64,000 nt of DNA from a virus (IMGVR_UViG_3300010234_000001:114612-178611), one strand, 5' to 3'. Shown: positions 48,429 through 56,984, counted from the stretch's first letter. Program-made: numbers and translations. Notes: generated by a model not told the origin, from the letters alone.

Positions 48429-49058
48429 TTGTTCTACACTGTCTATAAAATAACTAACAATGTCAACGACAAATATTACATAGGTAAGCATCAGACCAAA
48501 GACCTTGATGATGGATACATGGGTTCCGGTAAACTGATTCAAAGAGCTATCCAGAAATATGGTATCGAAAATTTTACCAAAGAGATACTTCATGTATTTG
48601 ATACAGAAGAAGAAATGAATTTGAAAGAAGCTGAATTAGTTATTGTATCGGAAGAAACATACAATTTATGTGAAGGTGGTAAAGGGGGTTTTAGTTATAT
48701 TAACAATAATAGTCTTAATGCTGGAAGACATGTTATACATAAATTTCGTCATATGGGATCAAAATCATTAAAAGGAAAAACATATGATGAAATCTATGGA
48801 ATTAAAAAATCTAACGAGTATCGCAAATTATTAGCCGTAAGATGTAGAGAGAGACAATCTAATATAATACCTAGTAAAGTATGGACCGGTCAAAAACATA
48901 CTAATAAAACTAAAACAAGAATGAGTGAATCCCATAAAGGTTCTAAAAATTCCCAATTTGGTACTTGCTGGATAACAAACGGAAACGAAGTCAAGAAAAT
49001 TCCCCTAGAGGCACTTGACAGCCACCTAGAAATGGGTTATCATAAGGGACGAAAATAA
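48429..49058 (+). CDS. GIY-YIG homing endonuclease, copy 3
   Basis: Same N- and C-terminal blocks as copy 1; central region diverged. Confidence 0.75.
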   Translation: MFYTVYKITNNVNDKYYIGKHQTKDLDDGYMGSGKLIQRAIQKYGIENFTKEILHVFDTEEEMNLKEAELVIVSEETYNLCEGGKGGFSYINNNSLNAGRHVIHKFRHMGSKSLKGKTYDEIYGIKKSNEYRKLLAVRCRERQSNIIPSKVWTGQKHTNKTKTRMSESHKGSKNSQFGTCWITNGNEVKKIPLEALDSHLEMGYHKGRK

Positions 49059-49063
49059 TAAAT

Positions 49064-49387
49064 GTGCAGAGAGGATATATAATGAGAGATTTCAATTTGG
49101 ATGTTACACCATGTCTTCATTGCGAAAAAGGGTGGAGACATGTTATAGGCAATTGTGTTTTATGCGGTGATGGACCTTCCCCCGCAGCTATTGAGCATCC
49201 ACCTAAAACGTTAAAGGGTAAATACCTAGCCCTTAGATCATTGTTCAATGGGGAGTTTGAACCATTTACCGATTGGGATAAAGCGGTGGAACAGTTAAGC
49301 GCATCCGCTTCTAAGGAAGATAACAACGAAGCTCTTTCGGAGTTTCATACCTATCAACGACTTAAACTAAAATATGGAGAAAGATAA
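49064..49387 (+). CDS. hypothetical Cys-rich protein
   Basis: CLHCEKGW ... GNCVLCGD motif. Confidence 0.3.
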   Translation: MQRGYIMRDFNLDVTPCLHCEKGWRHVIGNCVLCGDGPSPAAIEHPPKTLKGKYLALRSLFNGEFEPFTDWDKAVEQLSASASKEDNNEALSEFHTYQRLKLKYGER

Positions 49388-49792
49388 ATGAACATCATTG
49401 CGGCATGTGTAGTTGCGGGCGTACTGACGGCTAATGCTCCGGTATGCGGAACGAATGAAGTCCTTCGCGTTGACGTGTTGGACAGATGCTGGTGCGAGGT
49501 TGTATCAGTGCAAGAAGATTCTAGTCCAAGAGGATTTACTCCGGGCAAACCGCCAGTAGTGGTTGATCCTAACGATCCGCCAGTTGATCCAAATGATCCT
49601 CCGGTCGATCCTAACGATCCGCCCGGAAATGGAAACGGTGGAAACGGCAATCGTGGTCTAGGAAACTATGGTGAATCGGATGATCCATCCCCGGACTACG
49701 AATCCAATAATCCATCCGGTCAAACCGAACCGCCCGGTCAGAGCGGGGATTCTCCGGGTAAGTCCGGTGATGCGCCGGGGCATAACAAGTAA
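49388..49792 (+). CDS. secreted proline-rich repeat protein
   Basis: N-terminal signal-like segment. (DPNDPPV)x3, encoded by a 21-bp tandem repeat at about 49555-49620. Confidence 0.4.
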   Translation: MNIIAACVVAGVLTANAPVCGTNEVLRVDVLDRCWCEVVSVQEDSSPRGFTPGKPPVVVDPNDPPVDPNDPPVDPNDPPGNGNGGNGNRGLGNYGESDDPSPDYESNNPSGQTEPPGQSGDSPGKSGDAPGHNK

Positions 49793-50074
49793 TGTTTACA
49801 GTATTTTTGGTATTATTCCTGACTAGCACCTTTATTGTTTCAGTAATAGGCGCAGTATATATTGGGGAATATACTGCATGGGGTAAATATTTTCTTGTTG
49901 GATTAGGGGTTGCCATCTGGATATTCTTGGGCATTGCTACAATTATATTTTGGCCATAAGATGAAATATTTGGATGAATTATTTTGGAATGTGGTCAATA
50001 TGGCAATGACAATCCTTTCGATTCCGGCTATATTGGGGGTATTGTTGCTGCTTTCCAGCATGTATCCAAATTAA

Positions 50075-50151
50075 TGGCAGTAACTCAACTGGTGTGGAGG
50101 TCGCTCTGATAAGGCGATAGAGGTCGGGTTCAATTCCCACACTGCCAACCA
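50075..50151 (+). tRNA. tRNA-Ile (anticodon GAT)
   Basis: Perfect acceptor tggcagt/actgcca, anticodon stem tcgct/ggcga, loop ctGATaa, CCA. T-stem is only partly paired. Confidence 0.55.
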
Positions 50152-50170
50152 ACCCGATGGAGATTTAATA

Positions 50171-50371
50171 ATGAAACCGGAAACTCGAAAACTTGATAAG
50201 GTTTATAATGAAGGTTTTGTGGCTTATTTCAGTGGTAGTGTTATGTCGGACAATCCATATCTTAGTTTCTCTCCAATGAATGAGTCATGGAAGTCCGGTT
50301 ATTACGACGCGGAAGAATCAGATAGGGATAATCATGATTACTCGGGTGGATTTGGAGACGATTTCTCGTAG
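50171..50371 (+). CDS. hypothetical protein
   Basis: 66-aa ORF. Confidence 0.25.
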   Translation: MKPETRKLDKVYNEGFVAYFSGSVMSDNPYLSFSPMNESWKSGYYDAEESDRDNHDYSGGFGDDFS

Positions 50372-50747
50372 TGCAATAGCTGCGGAAATGTTTAACATAT
50401 GGGAAGAGGAAGGCCATGACTACCATTCTATGGTTGATCGGTTTCTCGCGGGTTACGAAGAGCTTCTGGACGGGATTGGACAGATTGATGATGGGGCAGA
50501 AGCCCTGCAATACGAATTGTACGAAATCGGCAAGAGACACTTCGGAACGGAAAAGAAGGACTTGAATCTCTGGTTCAAGACACTTTACATGATGGGATTC
50601 CACAAGACTAGCGGTGCTAGACTTGGCCTATCAATTGAATTATTCGGTCGCGAAGAATTTATGAATAAGCTAGCGGATAGAATCCAAAATCCGCTAGGTT
50701 TACCGAAAAGCTATTGGTTGGCGCGTAGAGAGAGTTCACGCCAGTAA
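50280..50747 (+). CDS. hypothetical protein
   Basis: 155-aa ORF. Confidence 0.3.
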   Translation: MSHGSPVITTRKNQIGIIMITRVDLETISRSAIAAEMFNIWEEEGHDYHSMVDRFLAGYEELLDGIGQIDDGAEALQYELYEIGKRHFGTEKKDLNLWFKTLYMMGFHKTSGARLGLSIELFGREEFMNKLADRIQNPLGLPKSYWLARRESSRQ

Positions 50748-50799
50748 GTCCATGTAGAATCGCAATCTTGGGCAACTTACGCGCCAACCAATTTTTTTT
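50713..50799 (+). terminator. large hairpin (15-bp stem) followed by T8: intrinsic-terminator-like
   Basis: attggttggcgcgtag ... cttacgcgccaaccaat, followed by tttttttt. Confidence 0.4.
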
Positions 50800-50810
50800 A
50801 AAAAAAAAGC

Positions 50811-50839
50811 TTGACATCCACATCAAATGATGATATATA
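50811..50839 (+). promoter_or_regulatory. sigma70-like promoter (TTGACA-17-TATATA)
   Basis: Sits directly after the T8A9 tract. AGGAG and the ATG of ORF 50847 follow. Confidence 0.5.
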
Positions 50840-50846
50840 AGGAGAC

Positions 50847-51161
50847 ATGATAATGAATGAAGATAAAAAAGAACGCGATGCGGCCTTGAGCAAGGTTGAT
50901 ATAAATTCTGGTACATTCATGGATGATGGAATGAATGTTATTATGGATTTATGTAGAACACAATCGGGAACTAAGGTTACTGGTGAAGATATCAGACTAA
51001 TAATTGAAACTGAAGGAATAACACCGCACCACCATAACGCATGGGGCGCACTAATTAAAAAGGCTGAAAAACAAGGGTTCATCCACCATACTAATGAGTG
51101 GAGACATATGAAAACGAAAAAGTCTCATGCGAGAAGAACATCGGTATATATGTTAGATTAA
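50847..51161 (+). CDS. hypothetical protein
   Basis: 104-aa ORF with a good Shine-Dalgarno. Confidence 0.35.
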   Translation: MIMNEDKKERDAALSKVDINSGTFMDDGMNVIMDLCRTQSGTKVTGEDIRLIIETEGITPHHHNAWGALIKKAEKQGFIHHTNEWRHMKTKKSHARRTSVYMLD

Positions 51162-51182
51162 TATCTACCATAAAAAAAATAT

Positions 51183-51260
51183 GCTACGGTCGTCTAATTG
51201 GCTTAGGACACTAGACTTTCAATCTAGGAAATGCGAGTTCGAATCTCGTCCGTAGTACCA
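51183..51260 (+). tRNA. tRNA-Glu (anticodon TTC)
   Basis: Acceptor gctacgg/ccgtagt, anticodon stem ctaga/tctag, loop ctTTCaa, T-arm gcgag-ttcgaat-ctcgt, CCA. Confidence 0.65.
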
Positions 51261-51396
51261 ATAACATATGTCTGTGATTATATTTGATGGGAAGGAACGC
51301 CCAAAGGATATAATGAAGTGGAATTTCCTTTCGGGAAATAGAGTCGCCCGGTCGGCTCCGCAGGCAGATCAAATTTAACTTAGAGGATGATTAATT

Positions 51397-51801
51397 ATGT
51401 CGTATAATGAAATGAACCGAGTGTTATTCATCAAGACGGAAGGTGTTCCGAAAATGCCGGAAACTCCCGAATTTGAGAAATATCACGCATATGTTAACAG
51501 ATGGCACGGGGACTGGACGGAATACTTCTACGACCAAGATTTGCAAATAAACATCGGTGAAGACTATGTTGCTTTTCAACTCAAGATCGGTGACGACTAT
51601 GAAGGAATGGCCGGATTATTCTTTGATGTGAAGAGTCTAATGCCAAGCATAACCGACCTGCGAAAATTGGAGAAGGCCGGTTTCAAGCTTGACATGACAC
51701 ATACGATTTCCGCACTGATGATACACCATAATGGTACGGATGATTATCTGATCGATTTAATGAATTGGGATGATATTAAAGAGTTGATGAATTCCCAATA
51801 A
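51397..51801 (+). CDS. hypothetical protein
   Basis: 134-aa ORF. Confidence 0.35.
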   Translation: MSYNEMNRVLFIKTEGVPKMPETPEFEKYHAYVNRWHGDWTEYFYDQDLQINIGEDYVAFQLKIGDDYEGMAGLFFDVKSLMPSITDLRKLEKAGFKLDMTHTISALMIHHNGTDDYLIDLMNWDDIKELMNSQ

Positions 51802-51806
51802 ACTAT

Positions 51807-51882
51807 GCTCCATTCGACTAGTGGTCTAGGTCGTCGCCCTCTCAAGGCGGAAACAGGGATTCGAATTCCCTATGGAGTACCA
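51807..51882 (+). tRNA. tRNA-Glu (anticodon CTC)
   Basis: Acceptor gctccat/atggagt, anticodon stem tcgcc/ggcgg, loop ctCTCaa, T-arm aggga-ttcgaat-tccct, CCA. Confidence 0.65.
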
Positions 51883-51911
51883 ACCAACTCACACAATGAA
51901 GGATAAGAACA

Positions 51912-52583
51912 GTGAAGAAACCAGTAACGCACGTTAGTATTTTACTTGATGGTTCCGGCTCGATGCTCGGAAAATTACATGATACAATTGAGGGTATAAA
52001 CTCTTACTTGGATGGTCTTGCAGATGAAAAGGGTGTTGATTTCCGCACCACAATGGCGGTTTTTGATAGCACTCGATTTGATATTATATCGAATAATGAT
52101 TCGATGAAGAACACACCAAAACTTAACACCGAAAATTACCGGTGTAGTGGAATGACGCCGCTGTTTGATTCGATTTCCCGTATTGTCGGTATGGCCGATA
52201 ATGTTAAAGCGGATCGTAAAGTCGTCGTAATCATGACGGACGGTTATGAGAACGATTCGCGTGAAATTGATCGCAAAGGCGTATCCGATATAGTGAAATC
52301 ACGCGAGGGTAATGATTGGAGTTTCGTATTCCTTGGTGCATCATTCGATAACTATGGTGAAGCCGGATCATTGGGAATTGGCAGGGTTCAAACCATGTCA
52401 TACAATGCGAACGACAGAGGTTCAACTCAAGCCGCTTATCGTGGACTGGTAGAAACTTCGGCGGCATACGCATCGGGTGCTACGCAATCGATGGAATTCT
52501 CCGACGTGGTAAAAGCAAGTGCTGGCGATGAATTTTATGAAAAAATTGCCCGCATTGCGGACGACAAGGAAGAAGAAGACTAA
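51912..52583 (+). CDS. von Willebrand factor A (vWA) domain protein
   Basis: MIDAS motif LLDGSGSM and downstream VIMTDG. Confidence 0.55.
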   Translation: MKKPVTHVSILLDGSGSMLGKLHDTIEGINSYLDGLADEKGVDFRTTMAVFDSTRFDIISNNDSMKNTPKLNTENYRCSGMTPLFDSISRIVGMADNVKADRKVVVIMTDGYENDSREIDRKGVSDIVKSREGNDWSFVFLGASFDNYGEAGSLGIGRVQTMSYNANDRGSTQAAYRGLVETSAAYASGATQSMEFSDVVKASAGDEFYEKIARIADDKEEED

Positions 52584-52654
52584 CAACTAGAACTTCGAAG
52601 GCTGCACAGTTTGTGTAGTGTGGGTGGCGGAAACGCGCGATCCGACAATTTTAA

Positions 52655-52728
52655 GGCTACGTAATTCAACTGGATAGAAACTTGAGCTTCTAACTCAAGA
52701 GTTGAGGGTTCGAATCCTTCCGTAGTCA
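52655..52728 (+). tRNA. tRNA-Arg (anticodon TCT), paralogue of the tRNA at 43489 with a different anticodon arm
   Basis: Acceptor, D-arm and T-arm are near-identical to 43489-43565. Anticodon stem ttgag/ctcaa, loop ctTCTaa. Confidence 0.6.
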
Positions 52729-52733
52729 CATTG

Positions 52734-52783
52734 AAGTCTCCGGATGTATAAATGGTCTATAATAGGCTAACATCCGGAGATTT
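52734..52783 (+). promoter_or_regulatory. HEG leader cassette (TATAAATg in the loop) followed by a truncated HEG
   Basis: tctccggatg ... catccggaga stem. Confidence 0.5.
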
Positions 52784-52790
52784 CCTAACT

Positions 52791-52841
52791 TTGTTTTACA
52801 CTATCTACAAAATAACTAACAATATTAAAGGAGTTATATGA
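52791..52841 (+). pseudogene. truncated GIY-YIG homing-endonuclease remnant (16 codons, LFYTIYKITNNIKGVI, then stop)
   Basis: TTG-initiated N-terminus identical in pattern to the intact copies, then TGA. Followed by an unrelated ORF. Confidence 0.55.
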
Positions 52842-53065
52842 TGAGAATATTGACTGAAGAAGATATGGAAATAGGGGATTTCTTTACAATCGAAGAATGG
52901 AAATCCGATGTCAAATGTGGTGGTTTTATCCCGGATGATGGGCATGGATATCTTATATATCCTAACGGCATGATCGAAGATCGTGATTACGGTGGCGATA
53001 GGGAAATTTGGGATATCGAAGGAATTCCCGTGGGTGTCCTTGGCGTTTTGTGGTACAACCGCTAA
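52838..53065 (+). CDS. hypothetical protein (replaces the body of the endonuclease)
   Basis: 75-aa ORF using the AAGGAG Shine-Dalgarno that lies within the HEG remnant. Confidence 0.35.
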   Translation: MMRILTEEDMEIGDFFTIEEWKSDVKCGGFIPDDGHGYLIYPNGMIEDRDYGGDREIWDIEGIPVGVLGVLWYNR

Positions 53066-53073
53066 AAAAGTGC

Positions 53074-53102
53074 TTGACAAAGTGATTGGGATAGTGTAGT
53101 AT
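53074..53102 (+). promoter_or_regulatory. sigma70-like promoter (TTGACA-17-TAGTAT) upstream of tRNA-Lys
   Basis: Consensus -35, 17-nt spacer. Confidence 0.45.
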
Positions 53103-53111
53103 ACGAATAAT

Positions 53112-53187
53112 GGGCCGGTAATTCAGTGGTCAGAAGAGCAGACTCTTAATCTGTACGTCGTGGGTTCGAATCCCACCCGGCCCTCCA
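53112..53187 (+). tRNA. tRNA-Lys (anticodon CTT)
   Basis: Perfect acceptor gggccgg/ccggccc, anticodon stem gcaga/tctgt, loop ctCTTaa, T-arm gtggg-ttcgaat-cccac, CCA. Confidence 0.7.
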
Positions 53188-53217
53188 TTATTTACCACTT
53201 GACAAAGGAACTTCGAT

Positions 53218-53520
53218 ATGGCATACTCCCCGATATGGTTTGAATGGAAGTTCAACGACAAGAACTTTGATAAGCCAAAAAAAGGTGAAGAATTGAAAGG
53301 GGTGTGGAACCTCTACCTGATGAAAGAGGCATATACGCCTAATCTGAATGATAGAATCTTCATCGGTTCAATTACTTCAACGATGCATGGTTGGGTTGTC
53401 CAGCTTGAGGGTACATCACATTCGGATGAGAGAAATCTCGGTACGCGGGCAACCGCAAAGTCGGCGCAAAAATTTCTCTTGGCATCAGTCATGCACTTGC
53501 TATATACTAATGCAATATAA
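53218..53520 (+). CDS. hypothetical protein
   Basis: 100-aa ORF. The overlapping 53348-53656 ORF is in another frame. Confidence 0.3.
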   Translation: MAYSPIWFEWKFNDKNFDKPKKGEELKGVWNLYLMKEAYTPNLNDRIFIGSITSTMHGWVVQLEGTSHSDERNLGTRATAKSAQKFLLASVMHLLYTNAI

Positions 53521-53657
53521 AAATCCTAGCATTCAGTTGTCTAGGTCATTGGATTTCGGAACTAAGAATTGGACCATTAGTTCAGGGGTCATAGAAAAGA
53601 ACATTGGTCGGATAAATCTTAACATTTGGTTGTTAAGTCATGGTTTAGATGAGTAAC

Positions 53658-53734
53658 GGACCGGTAGCTCAACTAGGCAGAGCAGGAGCCTTTTAAGCTC
53701 TAGGTTGGGGGTTCAATTCCCTCCCGGTTCACCA
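53658..53734 (+). tRNA. tRNA-Lys (anticodon TTT)
   Basis: Acceptor ggaccgg/ccggttc, D-arm gctc..gagc, anticodon stem ggagc/gctct, loop ctTTTaa, T-loop ttcaatt, CCA. Confidence 0.65.
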
Positions 53735-53926
53735 ATATTGTGCCGTGATAATAGCAAGAAAGTCACTGTGGTTACGACCGCAAGATTCGCTTCCCGAAAG
53801 GGATGTTAAATAATCTCCGGATTTTTGACAGGGTGTAATAACCTGCCGACTGGTACAAACAATGGGGGAAGCCGCTGCAACTAGGCTTGACGCATCGGAG
53901 AGACGATGACTAAATAAGGATATTAA

Positions 53927-54298
53927 ATGCTTGGAATATTAGGTAGTATTGGTACTTTTTTTGTTAAGATGGGCGTTGGAACAATAGTTCAAAAACTAAT
54001 CCAAGCAAATGTCGATAAGAAAAATGCCGAAACTGAAGAACAAAGAATTGCCGCTGATATCAAGATAGCGCAGCTTGAAGCAAGAGCGGCCGTCTTAGCG
54101 CAAGACCCGGTAGCACCATGGATACGTCTAGGGTTTGCATTGCCGGTAGTTTGGATTAATGCCAAGCTTTTCATTTGGGATAAGATTCTCGGATGGGGAG
54201 TGACCGATGCTTTAAGTCAAGAAATGAATTGGGTTATGATAACCATAATCGGATTTTACTTCTTATCCGAAACAACGGCAAGAATTTTTAAGAAATAG
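53927..54298 (+). CDS. membrane protein (N-terminal TM, amphipathic middle, C-terminal TMs)
   Basis: 123-aa ORF. Confidence 0.35.
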   Translation: MLGILGSIGTFFVKMGVGTIVQKLIQANVDKKNAETEEQRIAADIKIAQLEARAAVLAQDPVAPWIRLGFALPVVWINAKLFIWDKILGWGVTDALSQEMNWVMITIIGFYFLSETTARIFKK

Positions 54299-54385
54299 GG
54301 TGATTGCTATCCCTATGCAAAAGCGTGCTTAATATAGCAAGGAGTTTTAGCGGTTTCTCTAAAAAACCGGTACGAACATAGAGTT

Positions 54386-54458
54386 TGCGGGGTGGAGCAG
54401 TGGTCAGCTTGTCTGCCTCATAAGCAGAAGGTCGTAGGTTCGAATCCTACTCCCGCAA
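54386..54458 (+). tRNA. tRNA-Met (anticodon CAT)
   Basis: Acceptor tgcgggg/tcccgca, D-arm gagc..gctt, anticodon stem tctgc/gcaga, loop ctCATaa, T-arm gtagg-ttcgaat-cctac. Confidence 0.6.
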
Positions 54459-54462
54459 CTTT

Positions 54463-54514
54463 GGGATTCCCATTTGTATAACTAGTCTGTAATGGACTAA
54501 CAAATGGGAATCCC
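54463..54514 (+). promoter_or_regulatory. orphan HEG leader cassette (14-bp perfect hairpin, TATAACTA in the loop) with no ORF; lies between tRNA-Met and tRNA-Asp
   Basis: gggattcccatttg ... caaatgggaatccc. Confidence 0.5.
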
Positions 54515-54527
54515 CCTTTTAACAAAT

Positions 54528-54600
54528 GCGGGCGTAGCATAGCGGCTAATGCACCTGTCTGTCTAACAGGTTATCGTGGGTTCGAGTCCCATCGTTCGCG
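54528..54600 (+). tRNA. tRNA-Asp (anticodon GTC)
   Basis: Acceptor gcgggcg/cgttcgc (two G-U), D-arm gcat..atgc, anticodon stem cctgt/acagg, loop ctGTCta, T-loop ttcgagt. Confidence 0.65.
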
Positions 54601-54605
54601 CCCTT

Positions 54606-54657
54606 GAGAGTCCCATTTGTATAAATAGTTCTATATGGACTAACAAATGGGACTCTC
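54606..54657 (+). promoter_or_regulatory. HEG leader cassette (type B, perfect 14-bp stem, TATAAATA)
   Basis: gagagtcccatttg ... caaatgggactctc, with TATAAATA at 54620-54627. Confidence 0.55.
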
Positions 54658-54661
54658 CTTA

Positions 54662-55288
54662 ATGCATCGACATAAATACTTTACGGTTTATAAAACAACA
54701 AATTTACTAAATGATAAGACTTATATTGGAATTCATGAAACCTATGATCTTAATGATGATTATCTCGGATCGGGTAAGTACTTGAAAAGTGCGGTTAATA
54801 AATATGGACCGGAAAATTTTAAACGAGAGTGGTTATTCATTTTCGATAATAAAGAAGACCAATTGAACAAAGAAAAGGAATTGGTCACTGAAGAATTTTG
54901 CAGTCGTGATGATACATATAATATTTGTGTTGGTGGATTTGGTGGCGGATTTCATTATATAAATTCTTTAGGGAGAAACAACTCTAATAAAGATTGGTCC
55001 GCTATTTCGGAAAAGATTAAAAATTCTGATGGATATAAAAATAGAAAAATTCCTTTTGATGTATTAGAAAAGGGAAGACGGATAAGTCATAAGAACGGTT
55101 TCTTAGGGAGAAAACACACTTTAGAAACTAAGAAAAAAATCGGACTGGCTAATAAACAGTTTCAACATGGTTCTAATAATTCTCAGTTCGGTACCTGCTG
55201 GATAACAAATGGATTAGAAACGAAAAAAATTCCTCTAACAAACCTTGACAAATGGATTGAGAATGGTTATGTAAGAGGACGAAAATAA
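54662..55288 (+). CDS. GIY-YIG homing endonuclease, second subfamily, copy 2
   Basis: YFTVYKTTNLLNDKTYIGIH motif. C-terminus NNSQFGTCWITNG. Confidence 0.7.
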   Translation: MHRHKYFTVYKTTNLLNDKTYIGIHETYDLNDDYLGSGKYLKSAVNKYGPENFKREWLFIFDNKEDQLNKEKELVTEEFCSRDDTYNICVGGFGGGFHYINSLGRNNSNKDWSAISEKIKNSDGYKNRKIPFDVLEKGRRISHKNGFLGRKHTLETKKKIGLANKQFQHGSNNSQFGTCWITNGLETKKIPLTNLDKWIENGYVRGRK

Positions 55289-55291
55289 AGA

Positions 55292-55382
55292 GGTTGAGTG
55301 GCAGAGTGGCTTAATGCGCTGGTTTCGAAAATCAGTGAACCTCTAAAGGGTTCCGTGGGTTCAAATCCTACCTCAACCGCCA
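55292..55382 (+). tRNA. tRNA-Ser (anticodon CGA)
   Basis: Perfect acceptor ggttgag/ctcaacc, loop ttCGAaa, long variable arm, T-loop ttcaaat, CCA. Confidence 0.65.
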
Positions 55383-55387
55383 AACAA

Positions 55388-55477
55388 GGAAGGGTGGCAG
55401 AGCGGACGATAGCGGTTGCCTTGAAAGCAATTGAGCCTGAAAGGGTTCCGGGGGTTCGAATCCCTCCCCTTCCGCCA
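55388..55477 (+). tRNA. tRNA-Ser (anticodon TGA)
   Basis: Perfect acceptor ggaaggg/cccttcc, loop ctTGAaa, long variable arm, CCA. Confidence 0.65.
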
Positions 55478-55579
55478 TTTAGGGGTTGACAAAGTATGCG
55501 AGGTATGGCATGATGCTGTTAATGGGGTTGATCGCCCGGAGACGAATGTGGGTTGGAACCACGCCTTGCGTCAATTATA

Positions 55580-55669
55580 GGTTGGGTGACAGAGTGGCCG
55601 ATAGTGCTCGCTTGGAAAGCGGGTGAACGTGAAAGCGTTCCGGGGGTTCGAATCCCTCTCCAACCGCCA
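55580..55669 (+). tRNA. tRNA-Ser (anticodon GGA)
   Basis: Acceptor ggttggg/tccaacc, loop ttGGAaa, long variable arm, CCA. Confidence 0.65.
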
Positions 55670-55687
55670 ACATGTAAGGATTTATTA

Positions 55688-55876
55688 ATGGCTAGACAAT
55701 ACATAATTACTGAAGAAGAAATGCTATCACTGATAGAATCTTTGGAAATTGTAAAATTACGTGAAGCGAATTTTATGCGGGATTATTCGATAGAAATGGA
55801 TGATATGCATCGCCGGTTTCATATGGTTGTAGTTCGGTGGGCACAAAATATGGGGTTTGATGGATATAGAAAATGA
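55688..55876 (+). CDS. hypothetical protein
   Basis: 62-aa ORF. The longer in-frame extension lies over tRNA-Ser. Confidence 0.3.
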   Translation: MARQYIITEEEMLSLIESLEIVKLREANFMRDYSIEMDDMHRRFHMVVVRWAQNMGFDGYRK

Positions 55877-56060
55877 GTTATATTATAAGGATTATAATAT
55901 GAAAAGAAATAGAGCAGAAGAAAAAAAAGCATACGAAGAAGGTTATAAAGCATTTTTCGAAGGAAAACAACTATATATAGACAATCCACATCATCTTAAA
56001 GGCACTGAAACAGAACAGCAATGGGATGATGGTTGGTGGGATGCAATGGGGAAAAAATAA
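55857..56060 (+). CDS. hypothetical protein
   Basis: 67-aa ORF. Confidence 0.3.
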   Translation: MMDIENELYYKDYNMKRNRAEEKKAYEEGYKAFFEGKQLYIDNPHHLKGTETEQQWDDGWWDAMGKK

Positions 56061-56233
56061 TATCTATTATTTCCACGTTTTGACAAAAATGTGGGGGCTT
56101 TGTTATTTGTGCTCAAAACAAGTATCTGGTACAGTGGGAGCCTGTGTATGCTAGGCTTATCGATAAAAGCATACTGGTTGCAATACCCCGCGAGTGTCAC
56201 CGAAGACACTTTAATAAAATCGGACTATTTTAT

Positions 56234-56315
56234 TCCGGGATGGCTGAATGGTAAAGCACGCGGCTGTTAACCGTAAGTCTCGAATAGAGTAAAGGTTCGA
56301 ATCCTTTTCCCGGAG
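56234..56315 (+). tRNA. tRNA with anticodon GTT (Asn) and an unusually long (~15-nt) variable region
   Basis: Perfect acceptor tccggga/tcccgga. Perfect T-arm aaagg-ttcgaat-ccttt. Anticodon hairpin gcgg-ctGTTaa-ccgt. No CCA. Confidence 0.4.
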
Positions 56316-56320
56316 CATTG

Positions 56321-56370
56321 AAATCCCCGATTGTATAAATAGTCTGTGAAGGACTAACAATCGGGGATTT
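56321..56370 (+). promoter_or_regulatory. HEG leader cassette (13-bp stem aaatccccgattg/caatcggggattt, TATAAATA)
   Basis: TATAAATA at 56334-56341; GGGGA in the 3' arm upstream of the TTG start. Confidence 0.55.
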
Positions 56371-56376
56371 CCTAAC

Positions 56377-56979
56377 TTGTTTTATACTGTTTATAAAATA
56401 ACCAACAATATTAATGGTAAATACTACATCGGCAAACACCAAACCAAAGACCTTGATGATGGTTATATGGGTTCCGGTAAACTGATTCGAAGAGCCATAG
56501 GTAAATATGGTTCTGGTAACTTTACCAAAAAGATTCTCCATGTATTTGATAATGAGGAAGAAATGAATGCCAAAGAAGCCGAATTAGTTATTGTTTCCGA
56601 AGAGACATATAATTTATGTGAAGGTGGTCAGGGCGGTTTTGGTTATATCAATAAAAATTGTCACAATAATATTGGAAATCGTCGTAGAATTGGTAATTAT
56701 GGTTGGAAAAATATTGATCGATCTTGCTCTAAACATATTGAAAAGATAAAAAAAGGTATTAAAAATTCTAGTTATGTTTTTGGTTCACATTGGATAGGAA
56801 AGAAACATAAAGAAGAATCGAAACAAAAAATTAGTAAAGCCAATGCCAAGGCTCAGGCTGGTAAACGAAATTCCCAATATGGAACTTGTTGGATAACAAA
56901 TGGAAATGAAGTCAAGAAAATTCCTCTAGAGGCTCTTGACAATCACCTGAAAATGGGTTATATAAGGGGACGAAAATAA
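56377..56979 (+). CDS. GIY-YIG homing endonuclease, copy 4
   Basis: LFYTVYKITNNINGKYYIGKH motif and conserved C-terminus. Confidence 0.75.
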   Translation: MFYTVYKITNNINGKYYIGKHQTKDLDDGYMGSGKLIRRAIGKYGSGNFTKKILHVFDNEEEMNAKEAELVIVSEETYNLCEGGQGGFGYINKNCHNNIGNRRRIGNYGWKNIDRSCSKHIEKIKKGIKNSSYVFGSHWIGKKHKEESKQKISKANAKAQAGKRNSQYGTCWITNGNEVKKIPLEALDNHLKMGYIRGRK

Positions 56980-56984
56980 TAAAT

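Noticed and set aside
53348-53656. 102-aa ORF overlapping ORF 53218-53520 in another frame
   Set aside because: Only one of the two can be real. 53218 has the better start context. The 53348 frame is low-complexity.
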